A stretch of 64,000 nt of DNA from the NCBI RefSeq assembly GCF_003334785.1, contig NZ_QOWV01000008.1, one strand, 5' to 3'. The position numbers were made by a program, and so were the translations under genes. Position 1 is the stretch's first letter, and every line of letters starts with the position of its first letter. The notes under the pieces were generated by a model that worked only from the letters and a program-made list of their open reading frames with translations, did no database searches and had not been told where the DNA came from. Shown here one piece after another: positions 50,246 to 64,000 of the stretch. This DNA comes from Escherichia coli (GTDB lineage Bacteria > Pseudomonadota > Gammaproteobacteria > Enterobacterales > Enterobacteriaceae).

Positions 50246-51493
50246 TTAGCCAAATTTAGGTAACACGTTAAAGACGTTGCCGAACCAGCACAAAATCACG
50301 GTTATACCAAAGAGAATGACAATCGCCGGAATAAGATTGCCGCCCCAGACCGTGAACATCTGATTGGGAAACTTCTTGCGAGCTTTGATTGCAAGCACTG
50401 CGGGAATAATGACCGCCCAGATGGTGGCGCACAGCCCGGCACCGCCGATCCCGTAAATAAAGCCGTTCGGGAAGATCAGATACAACAACGCAGGTGGCAG
50501 GAAGGTTAACAGCACGGTTTTGAAACGCCCGCCGTGGGAGTTATCAATCTTAAACAGGTCCGCCAGATAATCGAACAACCCCAGCGTGACACCAAAGAAC
50601 GAACTGGCAACAGCTAAGTTAGAGAACACCAGCAGGCAAAACTCGATAATGCCGTGCTGTTTGGTGCCGAGGAACGATTTCACCAGCGAATCAACGTTGC
50701 CGCCTGAGGAGATAATCGCCTTAAAGCTTTCTCGCGGAATATTCCCCATGGTGCAATAGAGCCAGAAGAGATAAATCACCAGCGCCAGCAGCGAACCAAA
50801 TACCACGCTTTTGATTAACTTATCTTTGCGTTTTCCATAGCAAATAATCAGGCTGGGAATATTGCCGTGGAAACCAAATGACGCCAGACACACCGGCAAA
50901 GCCATAAAGATATACGGGAAGTAAGACGTTCCCGCAGTGGAGCTGGTGGCGTCGCGCAGAATGGAGTAATCGACCTGGAAGAAAAAAGAACCAAACACGA
51001 TCACAAAGGAGATAATCTTCAGCCCGAGGAACAATGAGGTAATACGACTGGCGGCTAACGAACTTAACCACAATACGCTGGCAACGAAAGTGGCTGTGCA
51101 GATCCCGACAATACGTGGATTAGCGTGATAACCCAAATTCATTGATATCGTTTCACTAATGATCGCACCATTAGCAGAGATATAGGCATAAGTGAGGATA
51201 TAGAGAACGAAGGCAACGGTAATACCGCTGATAATGTTCCAGGTGTTACCGATTAAATCTTTGGTGATGGTGTTAAAACTGGAGCCGACGGGATAATTTA
51301 AATTTGCTTCTAATAACAATAACCCGGAATGAAGCATTGAAAACCAGGCAATGATAAGGATAAAGGCACCCCAGAAAAACCAGGCACCGGCAAGATCAAC
51401 AGGTAAAGCAAACATACCTCCACCAATTACTGTACCTGCTATAACCATAACACCCCAAAATGCAGAGTGCTTTTTTTCAGCTTGATCAGTCAT
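50246..51493 (-). CDS. tnaB: low-affinity tryptophan permease
   Basis: 415-aa polytopic ORF; downstream of tnaA in same orientation. Confidence 0.94.
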   Translation of the reverse strand: MTDQAEKKHSAFWGVMVIAGTVIGGGMFALPVDLAGAWFFWGAFILIIAWFSMLHSGLLLLEANLNYPVGSSFNTITKDLIGNTWNIISGITVAFVLYILTYAYISANGAIISETISMNLGYHANPRIVGICTATFVASVLWLSSLAASRITSLFLGLKIISFVIVFGSFFFQVDYSILRDATSSTAGTSYFPYIFMALPVCLASFGFHGNIPSLIICYGKRKDKLIKSVVFGSLLALVIYLFWLYCTMGNIPRESFKAIISSGGNVDSLVKSFLGTKQHGIIEFCLLVFSNLAVASSFFGVTLGLFDYLADLFKIDNSHGGRFKTVLLTFLPPALLYLIFPNGFIYGIGGAGLCATIWAVIIPAVLAIKARKKFPNQMFTVWGGNLIPAIVILFGITVILCWFGNVFNVLPKFG

Positions 51494-51583
51494 GATGCCA
51501 CCTTTAGAGGAAGGCTATTTTTGTTATTGAGGATGTAGGGTAAGAGAGTGGCTAACATCCTTATAGCCACTCTGTAGTATTAA

Positions 51584-52999
51584 TTAAACTTCTTTAAGTT
51601 TTGCGGTGAAGTGACGCAATACTTTCGGTTCGTACGTAAAGGTTAATCCTTTAATATTCGCCGCGTTCTCTTTCACATGTTTAAAGGCTTCAATAATGAA
51701 GTCCATATGTGTTTGAGTATATGTTGCGCGCGGAATGGTTAAACGCAGCAGTTCAGCCGGGCATGGCAGTTGTTTACCGGTTTTCGGATCGCGGCCTAAC
51801 AGGAAAGAGCCAATTTCTACCGCACGGATACCGGCGACTTTATACAGCTCGCAGGCCAGCGCCTGTGCCGGGAACTGGTCTGCCGGGATATGCGGCAACA
51901 GTTTACCGGCATCAACGAATGCCGCGTGACCGCCCGCCTGCTGGCAGACAACGCCAATCTCTTCCAGACCATCGACCAGATACTGTACCTGCGCGATACG
52001 ATAAGCCAGCCAGTCGAGATTCATGCCGTCATACAGACCTACCGCCAGACGCTCCATCGCGCCGCCTTCCAGGCCGCCATATGTCGGGAAGCCTTCCTGC
52101 ACCACGCAAAGGGTTCTGCACTCGGTGTACACATCAAAGAAGCTGTCGTCTTTCATGCACAGCAGGCCGCCCATCGGCACCATCGCATCTTTCTTGGCGG
52201 ACATCGCCAGCATATCGGCATATTTGTAGGTTTCGCGGGTGATCTGCTCGATGGTCCAGTCTTTGTATTCTGCTTCACGCTGCTTGATGAAATAGGCGTT
52301 TTCAGCAAAGCGCGCGGAGTCCATTACCACCGGAATATCGTATTTCTTCGCGATGCTGTACATCGCTTTTAAGTTTGCCAGTGAAACCGGCTGACCACCT
52401 GCAGAGTTACTGGTGATGGTTGCAACGATATACGGCACGTTATTCGGACCAACTTCTTCAATACCGCGTTCTAATCCCTCAAGGTCAAAGTTGCCTTTAA
52501 AGTCGTAACGCACGCCCGTATCGAAGGCTTCTTTGATATAGACGTTACGCACGGTACAGCCGTTGATCTGGCTATGGCCCTGCGTGGTATCAAAGAAATA
52601 GTTAGAGAACGCCACCATTTTGCTGCGATCCAGGCCTTTTTCCTGCTCGCGTTTTTTAATCAGTACCGGAATATAGATTTGCTCTGCGCCACGGCCCTGG
52701 TGAGTCGGAATGGTGTATTGATAACCAAAGATATTTTTCACTGACTCGGCTAACGCATAGTAGCTACGACTGCCGCTGTAGGCTTCGTCGCCGCGCATCA
52801 TCGCAGCCTGCATGCTCTGCGTCACCGCCCCGGTGCCGCTGTCGGTCAGTAAATCGATAAACACATCTTCGCTATCCAGCAGGAACGGGTTCATACCGGA
52901 TTTAATAATTGCCTCTTCACGATAAGCGCGAGTGGTACGTTTTACTGGCTCAATAACACGAATGCGGAACGGTTCAGGGAGATGTTTAAAGTTTTCCAT
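51584..52999 (-). CDS. tnaA: tryptophanase (tryptophan indole-lyase)
   Basis: ORF 51584..53014; start taken at [18 protein letters not shown] (471 aa); PLP-dependent beta-eliminating lyase. Confidence 0.95.
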
Positions 53000-53219
53000 T
53001 ACATAATCCTTCATTTATTTTAATTACAGTGATCCCTGTGAATATTACATCTGCTATACCGATTAATTCGCCAGATATATATGCAAGCACCATCATTTAC
53101 TAAAACAAGTAAATAAACGAGAGATGACCTTTGCAAAAGGCAAAATTAAGATATAGCAAACAAATAGATCACATTGAATCTAATCGGTTTGGCTCTGGTG
53201 ATGGCTACAGAAGGGCAAA
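53000..53219 (-). promoter_or_regulatory. tnaC-tnaA spacer (Rho-dependent attenuation region)
   Basis: About 220-nt untranslated spacer between leader peptide stop and tnaA start; role from established tna operon model. Confidence 0.7.
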
Positions 53220-53294
53220 TCAAGGGCGGTGATCGACAATTTTGTTGTCAATATTGAACCATTTTGAGGTCACACATATATGTAAGATATTCAT
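53220..53294 (-). CDS. tnaC: tna operon leader peptide TnaC (24 aa)
   Basis: Minus strand atgaatatcttacatatatgtgtgacctcaaaatggttcaatattgacaacaaaattgtcgatcaccgcccttga gives MNILHICVTSKWFNIDNKIVDHRP*; single Trp codon at position 12. Confidence 0.95.
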   Translation of the reverse strand: MNILHICVTSKWFNIDNKIVDHRP

Positions 53295-53460
53295 AATGCA
53301 CTTATCCTCGCAAGACACGAGGCTACATTATTACACTCAGAGTTTTTGTCTATTCTGAAATTGTTTAAATGTGAATCGAATCACAATCGTTCGGGGAGCA
53401 ATATTAAATGCTTTTTTTAAAGATTATAAATTACGTAAGAATTTTAATGTTTAAAAAAAG
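53295..53460 (-). promoter_or_regulatory. tna promoter region (catabolite-activated)
   Basis: AT-rich region upstream of tnaC on the minus strand; CRP site not precisely assigned. Confidence 0.5.
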
Positions 53461-53536
53461 GGTTGAGGAATAACAGGAGTGGTAACAATGAAGCGAAGCC
53501 GCATCTGACAGTCAGAATGCGGCTTCGTAAGCGCGG

Positions 53537-54901
53537 TTACTTACCAATACAGAAGCTGGAGAAAATCCGCCCCAGCAGGTCGTCTGAAGTAAATTCCCCG
53601 GTGATTTCGCTTAAGTTCTGCTGTGCCAGACGCAACTCTTCCGCCAGCAGTTCACCTGCCCAGGCTCCCAACAGTTGCGCTTTGCCCTGTTGTAGATGTT
53701 CCGCTGCCTGTTCCAGCGCCTGTAGGTGGCGACGACGCGCCAGGAAGCCGCCTTCCATGTTGGTGTCAAAGCCCATGCTCTGTTTGAGATGGTTACGCAG
53801 CACGTCCACGCCTTCACCAGTCCTTGCCGAGAGACGAATTAACGCGTGACCGTTCACTTCACTCATTCCCAGCGTTTCGCCGGTGATATCGGCTTTATTG
53901 CGCACCACGGTGATCGGCAGTTTCGCTGGCAGACGGGCAATAAATTCCGGCCAGATCTCTGCCGGATCCACGGCGTCTGTTGTGGTGCCATCGACCATAA
54001 ACAGCACGCGGTCGGCCTGTTCAATTTCCTGCCACGCGCGCTCGATACCAATACGTTCTACTTCGTCACTGGCTTCACGTAGCCCGGCGGTATCGATGAT
54101 ATGCAGCGGCATTCCGTCAATGTGGATATGCTCACGCAGCACGTCACGCGTAGTTCCGGCGATATCGGTTACGATTGCCGCTTCACGCCCCGCCAGCGCG
54201 TTTAACAGGCTCGATTTACCGGCGTTAGGACGTCCGGCAATCACCACTTTCATCCCTTCGCGCAACAAACTACCCTGACGTGCTTCAGCACGCACTGCAT
54301 CAAGATCGGCAATAACGTCATTGAGCTGGGCTTCAATTTTTCCGTCGGAGAGGAAATCGATCTCTTCATCGGGGAAATCAATTGCCGCTTCGACGTAAAT
54401 GCGCAAGTGGGTGAGGGCTTCTACCAGATGATTAACCCGTGCGGAGAATGCGCCTTGCAGCGAGTTAAGTGCCGAACGGGCCGCCTGTTCCGAACTGGCG
54501 TCGATAAGATCGGCAATCGCCTCGGCCTGGGCTAAGTCAAGTTTATCGTTAAGAAACGCGCGTTCGGAAAACTCACCAGGGCGAGCAATCCGCAGGCCGG
54601 GAATGGTCAGAATGCGTTTTAACAGCAGGTCGAGGATCACCGGACCGCCATGACCTTGCAGTTCCAGCACATCTTCGCCGGTGAACGAGTTCGGGCCAGG
54701 GAACCATAGCGCAATCCCCTGATCGAGCACGCTGCCGTCGGCGTCTTTAAACGGAAGATAATCGGCGTAGCGCGGCTTAGGCAGTTTACCCAGCACGGTT
54801 TCGGCAACTTCACGGGCTTTGAAGCCGGAGATGCGCAGGATGCCAACGCCGCCACGTCCCGGAGGCGTGGCCTGGGCTACGATAGTGTCATTATCGCTCA
54901 T
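53537..54901 (-). CDS. mnmE: tRNA modification GTPase MnmE (TrmE)
   Basis: 454-aa ORF; G1 motif GRPNAGKS; C-terminal CIGK. Confidence 0.96.
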
Positions 54902-54954
54902 GATGTTCCTGTTGCTTTGTGTGGCGGATGCGCGGTGCTTATCCGCCCTACGAA

Positions 54955-54990
54955 AAGAAAAAAGGCGGTCAACTGACCGCCCTTATTTTA
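54955..54990 (-). terminator. intrinsic terminator downstream of yidC
   Basis: Hairpin ggcggtca / tgaccgcc (54962..54982) flanked by A-run on plus strand (T-run on minus). Confidence 0.7.
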
Positions 54991-55006
54991 GCGAAAACTC
55001 ACCGAA

Positions 55007-56653
55007 TCAGGATTTTTTCTTCTCGCGGCTATGCAGGCCACGTTTTTCCAGACCACGGTAAATCAGCTGCTGCTGAATAATGGTTACCAGGTTGCTGACG
55101 ATATAGTACAGCACCAGACCTGACGGGAACCACAGGAAGAACACGGTGAAGATGACCGGCATAAAGGTCATGATCTTCTGCTGCATCGGGTCGGTCACTG
55201 TGGTCGGCGACATCTTCTGAATGAAGAACATCGTTACGCCCATCAGGATCGGCAGGATGTAGTACGGGTCCTGTGCCGACAGGTCGTGGATCCACAGTGC
55301 AAACGGTGCCTGACGCAGTTCAACGGAACCCATCAGCATGTAGTACAACGCCAGGAAGATTGGCATCTGGATCAGCAGCGGGAAGCAGCCGCCCAGCGGG
55401 TTAACCTTCTCAGCTTTGTACAGCGCCATCATTTCCTGGCTGATACGCTGTTTGTCATCGCCCAGACGCTCACGCATTGCCTGAATCTTCGGCTGCAACA
55501 TACGCATCTTCGCCATGGAGGTGTACTGCGCTTTGGTCAGCGGGTACATGATGCCACGAACGATAAAGGTGATGATGATAATGGAGAAGCCCCAGTTACC
55601 CACAAAGCTATGGATCCATTTCAGCAGTTTGAACAGCGGCTGAGAGATGAACCACAACCAACCGTAATCAACGGTCAGATCCAGGTGCGGAGCAACAGCT
55701 GCCATTTTGTCCTGGATTTCCGGGCCAACCCACAGGGTGCTGTTCATCGCGCCAGTCTGACCAGGCTGAACCAGTACCGGCTGAGATTTATAGCCGATAG
55801 CGGCGATGCCGTTACCCAGATTAGCGGTATAGAAGTTGTTGGTACCGTCGTTATGCGGGATCCACGCCGTCGCGAAATACTGTTGCAGCATCGCCACCCA
55901 ACCACCTTTCGAAGAGATGTTCAGGTTTTCGTTATCGGCAATGGTATCGAACTTGTATTTCTCATACTTCTCGTCAGGCGTGGAGTACGCCGCGCCACGG
56001 AAGGTGTGCAGTGCGAAGTTGCTGCTTCCGGTATCGAGATGCGGTGGCAGAGTGATGGATTGCTTCAACTGACCAAACGAGGAGATTTCCAGCGGTTTCT
56101 CGCCAGCGTTCTGCACGTTGTAGTTGACGTTGACAGCGTAATCACCACGTTTCAGGACAAACGTTTTGGTAAACGTGTTGCCTGCCGCGTCGGTATACGT
56201 CATCGGCACCTGCAGTTCGTTTTGACCTTCAGCCAGCACATAAGCGTCTTTTTCAACGTTATACAGCGGACGCGGGCCGTTAGCCGGGTTATCCGGGCCA
56301 TCACGACCGGTCAGACCGCTCTGTGCCTGATAAATAAACTGCGGTGAAGTTTCCAACAGCTGGAACGGCTGGGTAGAGTTCAGCTCTTTCGGGTAAGCAG
56401 GCAGCAGAGCTTGCTCAACATCACCACCACGGGTGTTGATGGTCAGATCAAGCACGTCGGTCTTAACCGAGATCAGTTTCCCCTGGCCACTGGCCGGTAC
56501 GCCCTGGTCGGCGGCGCTACCCGCTGCGGTGGTCGTTGTCTGCGTGGTCTGTTGGGCCTGAGGTTGCGGGTTTTTATCCTGCTCCCAGGCTTGCCAGATC
56601 ATGAAAGACACGAACAGCAAAGCGATGACTAAAAGATTGCGTTGCGAATCCAT
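55007..56653 (-). CDS. yidC: membrane protein insertase YidC
   Basis: 548-aa ORF; large periplasmic domain plus 5 C-terminal TMS. Confidence 0.96.
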
Positions 56654-56655
56654 CG

Positions 56656-56913
56656 TTAGTGTTCTCTGGTATCAAATGGTCCGGGCGGGACGGGATCGTC
56701 ACCACCAGGGTGTAAAGGGTGGCATTTTAATACGCGTTTCACCGTCAACCAACTGCCTTTTATCACTCCAAACCTGCGCAATGCCTCAATTCCGTAGCTT
56801 GAACAGGTTGGAGTGAAACGACAATGCGGCCCGAGTAGCGGACTAATCAGGCGTTGATAGACCCGAATGAGGGCTATCAGGACCCGCGAGCCAGGCGACA
56901 GTGGCGGCGCCAT
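56656..56913 (-). CDS. yidD: membrane protein insertion efficiency factor YidD
   Basis: 85-aa ORF; 3 nt after yidC stop... upstream gene rnpA overlaps its 5' end. Confidence 0.9.
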
Positions 56914-57236
56914 AATTTTTCCAACGCTTCCGAGAGAGCACGGTTATCGAGGTCGGCAACCCCTTTTTTCGCCACCACCACGAAATCCATAGCCGGGAGT
57001 TCATGTTGGCGCAGACGGAAGCTTTCACGCGTCAGACGTTTAATCCGATTGCGTTCATGGGCGCGTCGAACGTTTTTCTTGGCGACTGTAAGACCGATAC
57101 GGGGATGCCCCAGCGAATTCAGGCGGCCGAGAATGGTAATTTGCGGCGTGCCAGCCCGTTGTGGCTGCTGGAAGACGAATGTGAATTGACTGGGAGTTAA
57201 CAAGCGTAACTCCCTGGGAAATGCGAGCTTAACCAC
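56877..57236 (-). CDS. rnpA: RNase P protein component
   Basis: 119-aa basic [21 protein letters not shown]...; overlaps yidD start by 37 nt. Confidence 0.95.
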
Positions 57237-57252
57237 TCAGGGGTTAGCTTTA

Positions 57253-57405
<153 letters not shown>

Positions 57406-57639
57406 CTAAACTTGAATAAATTCAATGGCTTTATTGGATATCCGCCGAAAAATGAAACGATGGACACCGAAGCCATGGGTGATTAAAGAGGCCGGATTGT
57501 AATAATTGTACACTCCGGAGTCAATTCTCTTTCCTTATTTACCGCGCTTTTCCGCACCTTTTCGCAGGGAAAATGTACGACCTCACACCAGTGGAAACCA
57601 GCATGGCGCGCCGGGTGGAGGATTATACGGGCTGATGGG

Positions 57640-57999
57640 TAAAGCGCAAGGATCGTCCTGGATCTTTATTAGATCGATTAAGCCAATTTTTGTCTATGGT
57701 CATTAAATTTTCCAATATGCGGCGTAAATCGTGCCCGCCTCGCGGCAGGATCGTTTACACTTAGCGAGTTCTGGAAAGTCCTGTGGATAAATCGGGAAAA
57801 TCTGTGAGAAACAGAAGATCTCTTGCGCAGTTTAGGCTATGATCCGCGGTCCCGATCGTTTTGCAGGATCTTGATCGGGCATATAACCGCAGACAGCGGT
57901 TCGTGCGTCACCCTCAAGCAGGGTCTTTTCGACGTACGTCAACAATCATGAATGTTTCAGCCTTAGTCATTATCGACTTTTGTTCGAGTGGAGTCCGCC
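57640..57999 (+). promoter_or_regulatory. dnaA promoter region with DnaA box and GATC cluster
   Basis: DnaA box tgtggataa at 57782..57790; at least 9 GATC sites between 57651 and 57876 (57651, 57661, 57672, 57749, 57827, 57841, 57854, 57867, 57873). Confidence 0.8.
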
Positions 58000-59403
58000 G
58001 TGTCACTTTCGCTTTGGCAGCAGTGTCTTGCCCGATTGCAGGATGAGTTACCAGCCACAGAATTCAGTATGTGGATACGCCCATTGCAGGCGGAACTGAG
58101 CGATAACACGCTGGCCCTGTACGCGCCAAACCGTTTTGTCCTCGATTGGGTACGGGACAAGTACCTTAATAATATCAATGGACTGCTAACCAGTTTCTGC
58201 GGAGCGGATGCCCCACAGCTGCGTTTTGAAGTCGGCACCAAACCGGTGACGCAAACGCCACAAGCGGCAGTGACGAGCAACGTCGCGGCCCCTGCACAGG
58301 TGGCGCAAACGCAGCCGCAACGTGCTGCGCCTTCTACGCGCTCAGGTTGGGATAACGTCCCGGCCCCGGCAGAACCGACCTATCGTTCTAACGTAAACGT
58401 CAAACACACGTTTGATAACTTCGTTGAAGGTAAATCTAACCAACTGGCGCGCGCGGCGGCTCGCCAGGTGGCGGATAACCCTGGCGGTGCCTATAACCCG
58501 TTGTTCCTTTATGGCGGCACGGGTCTGGGTAAAACTCACCTGCTGCATGCGGTGGGTAACGGCATTATGGCGCGCAAGCCGAATGCCAAAGTGGTTTATA
58601 TGCACTCCGAGCGCTTTGTTCAGGACATGGTTAAAGCCCTGCAAAACAACGCGATCGAAGAGTTTAAACGCTACTACCGTTCCGTAGATGCACTGCTGAT
58701 CGACGATATTCAGTTTTTTGCTAATAAAGAACGATCTCAGGAAGAGTTTTTCCACACCTTCAACGCCCTGCTGGAAGGTAATCAACAGATCATTCTCACC
58801 TCGGATCGCTATCCGAAAGAGATCAACGGCGTTGAGGATCGTTTGAAATCCCGCTTCGGTTGGGGACTGACTGTGGCGATCGAACCGCCAGAGCTGGAAA
58901 CCCGTGTGGCGATCCTGATGAAAAAGGCCGACGAAAACGACATTCGTTTGCCGGGCGAAGTGGCGTTCTTTATCGCCAAGCGTCTACGATCTAACGTACG
59001 TGAGCTGGAAGGGGCGCTGAACCGCGTCATTGCCAATGCCAACTTTACCGGACGGGCGATCACCATCGACTTCGTGCGTGAGGCGCTGCGCGACTTGCTG
59101 GCATTGCAGGAAAAACTGGTCACCATCGACAATATTCAGAAGACGGTGGCGGAGTACTACAAGATCAAAGTCGCGGATCTCCTTTCCAAGCGTCGATCCC
59201 GCTCGGTGGCGCGTCCGCGCCAGATGGCGATGGCGCTGGCGAAAGAGCTGACTAACCACAGTCTGCCGGAGATTGGCGATGCGTTTGGTGGCCGTGACCA
59301 CACGACGGTGCTTCATGCCTGCCGTAAGATCGAGCAGTTGCGTGAAGAGAGCCACGATATCAAAGAAGATTTTTCAAATTTAATCAGAACATTGTCATCG
59401 TAA
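58000..59403 (+). CDS. dnaA: chromosomal replication initiator DnaA
   Basis: GTG start at 58000 ([18 protein letters not shown]; 467 aa); Walker [11 protein letters not shown]; C-terminal DNA-binding domain. Confidence 0.97.
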
Positions 59404-59407
59404 ACCT

Positions 59408-60507
59408 ATGAAATTTACCGTAGAACGTGAGCATTTATTAAAACCGCTACAACAGGTGAGCGGTCCGTTAGGTGGTCGTCCTACGCTACCGATTCTCGGT
59501 AATCTGCTGTTACAGGTTGCTGACGGTACGTTGTCGCTGACCGGTACTGATCTCGAGATGGAAATGGTGGCACGTGTTGCGCTGGTTCAGCCACACGAGC
59601 CAGGAGCGACGACCGTTCCGGCGCGCAAATTCTTTGATATCTGCCGTGGTCTGCCTGAAGGCGCGGAAATTGCCGTGCAGCTGGAAGGTGAACGGATGCT
59701 GGTACGCTCCGGGCGTAGCCGTTTTTCGCTGTCTACCCTGCCAGCGGCGGATTTCCCGAACCTCGATGACTGGCAGAGTGAAGTCGAATTTACCCTGCCG
59801 CAGGCAACGATGAAGCGTCTGATTGAAGCGACCCAGTTTTCTATGGCGCATCAGGACGTTCGCTATTACTTAAATGGTATGCTGTTTGAAACCGAAGGTG
59901 AAGAACTGCGCACCGTGGCAACCGACGGCCACCGTCTGGCGGTCTGTTCAATGCCAATTGGTCAATCTTTGCCAAGCCATTCGGTGATCGTACCGCGTAA
60001 AGGCGTGATTGAACTGATGCGTATGCTCGACGGCGGCGACAATCCGCTGCGCGTACAGATTGGCAGCAACAACATTCGCGCCCACGTTGGCGACTTTATC
60101 TTCACCTCCAAACTGGTGGATGGTCGCTTCCCGGATTATCGCCGCGTTCTGCCGAAGAACCCGGACAAACATCTGGAAGCTGGCTGCGATCTGCTCAAGC
60201 AGGCGTTTGCTCGCGCGGCGATTCTCTCTAACGAGAAATTCCGCGGCGTACGTCTTTATGTCAGCGAAAACCAGCTGAAAATCACCGCCAACAACCCGGA
60301 ACAGGAAGAAGCGGAAGAGATCCTCGACGTTACCTATAGCGGTGCGGAGATGGAAATCGGCTTCAACGTCAGTTATGTGCTGGATGTTCTGAACGCGCTG
60401 AAATGCGAAAACGTCCGCATGATGCTGACCGATTCGGTTTCCAGCGTGCAGATTGAAGATGCGGCCAGCCAGAGCGCGGCTTATGTTGTCATGCCAATGA
60501 GACTGTA

Positions 60508-60508
<1 letters not shown>
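59408..60508 (+). CDS. dnaN: DNA polymerase III beta sliding clamp
   Basis: 366-aa [24 protein letters not shown]... Confidence 0.97.

Positions 60509-64000
<3,492 letters not shown>

Noticed and set aside
51709-52372. 177-aa and 160-aa plus-strand ORFs inside tnaA
   Set aside because: Antisense to tnaA; Pro/Arg/Ser-rich, no domains.
53480-53536. Hairpin gaagccgcat...atgcggcttc downstream of mnmE as an intrinsic terminator
   Set aside because: Strong inverted repeat but no adjacent T-run on the relevant strand; may be a stabilising stem-loop or REP-like unit, so not called as a terminator.
55286-56347. 353-aa plus-strand ORF inside yidC
   Set aside because: Antisense to yidC; low-complexity translation.

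Overview
This window reads as the origin-proximal core chromosome of Escherichia coli (K-12-like), in reverse orientation relative to the usual K-12 numbering. I do not see a novel or undescribed system here: there are no mobile elements, CRISPR arrays, tRNA genes, prophage or defence-island signatures. The one clear anomaly is that rbsR is split into two reading frames by what looks like a 10-bp deletion. Gene identities are from my recollection of the E. coli proteins matched against the supplied ORF translations; no database search was run.

Gene order, start to end:
- rrn operon P1/P2 promoter and leader on the minus strand (rRNA gene lies off the window start; rrnC by context)
- yieP, hsrA
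- rbsR (frameshifted), then rbsK, rbsB, rbsC, rbsA, rbsD on the minus strand, with an intact RbsR operator palindrome
- kup, ravA-viaA, asnA / asnC, mioC
- oriC, complete (DnaA boxes R1-R4, three AT-rich 13-mers, 14 GATC sites in about 280 bp)
- mnmG (gidA), rsmG (gidB)
- atpIBEFHAGDC, glmUS
- pstSCAB-phoU with Pho boxes and REP repeats
- bglGFB-bglH-yieL-yieK, with two RAT/terminator antitermination elements and no IS in the silent promoter
- cbrC, cbrB, yieH, adeP, chrR, yieE, yidZ, mdtL
- tnaB, tnaA and the 24-codon leader tnaC (minus strand)
- mnmE, yidC, yidD, rnpA, rpmH (minus strand)
- dnaA, dnaN, recF and the first 797 codons of gyrB

The many long antisense ORFs in the six-frame track (for example 559 aa opposite atpA) are rejected as artefacts.
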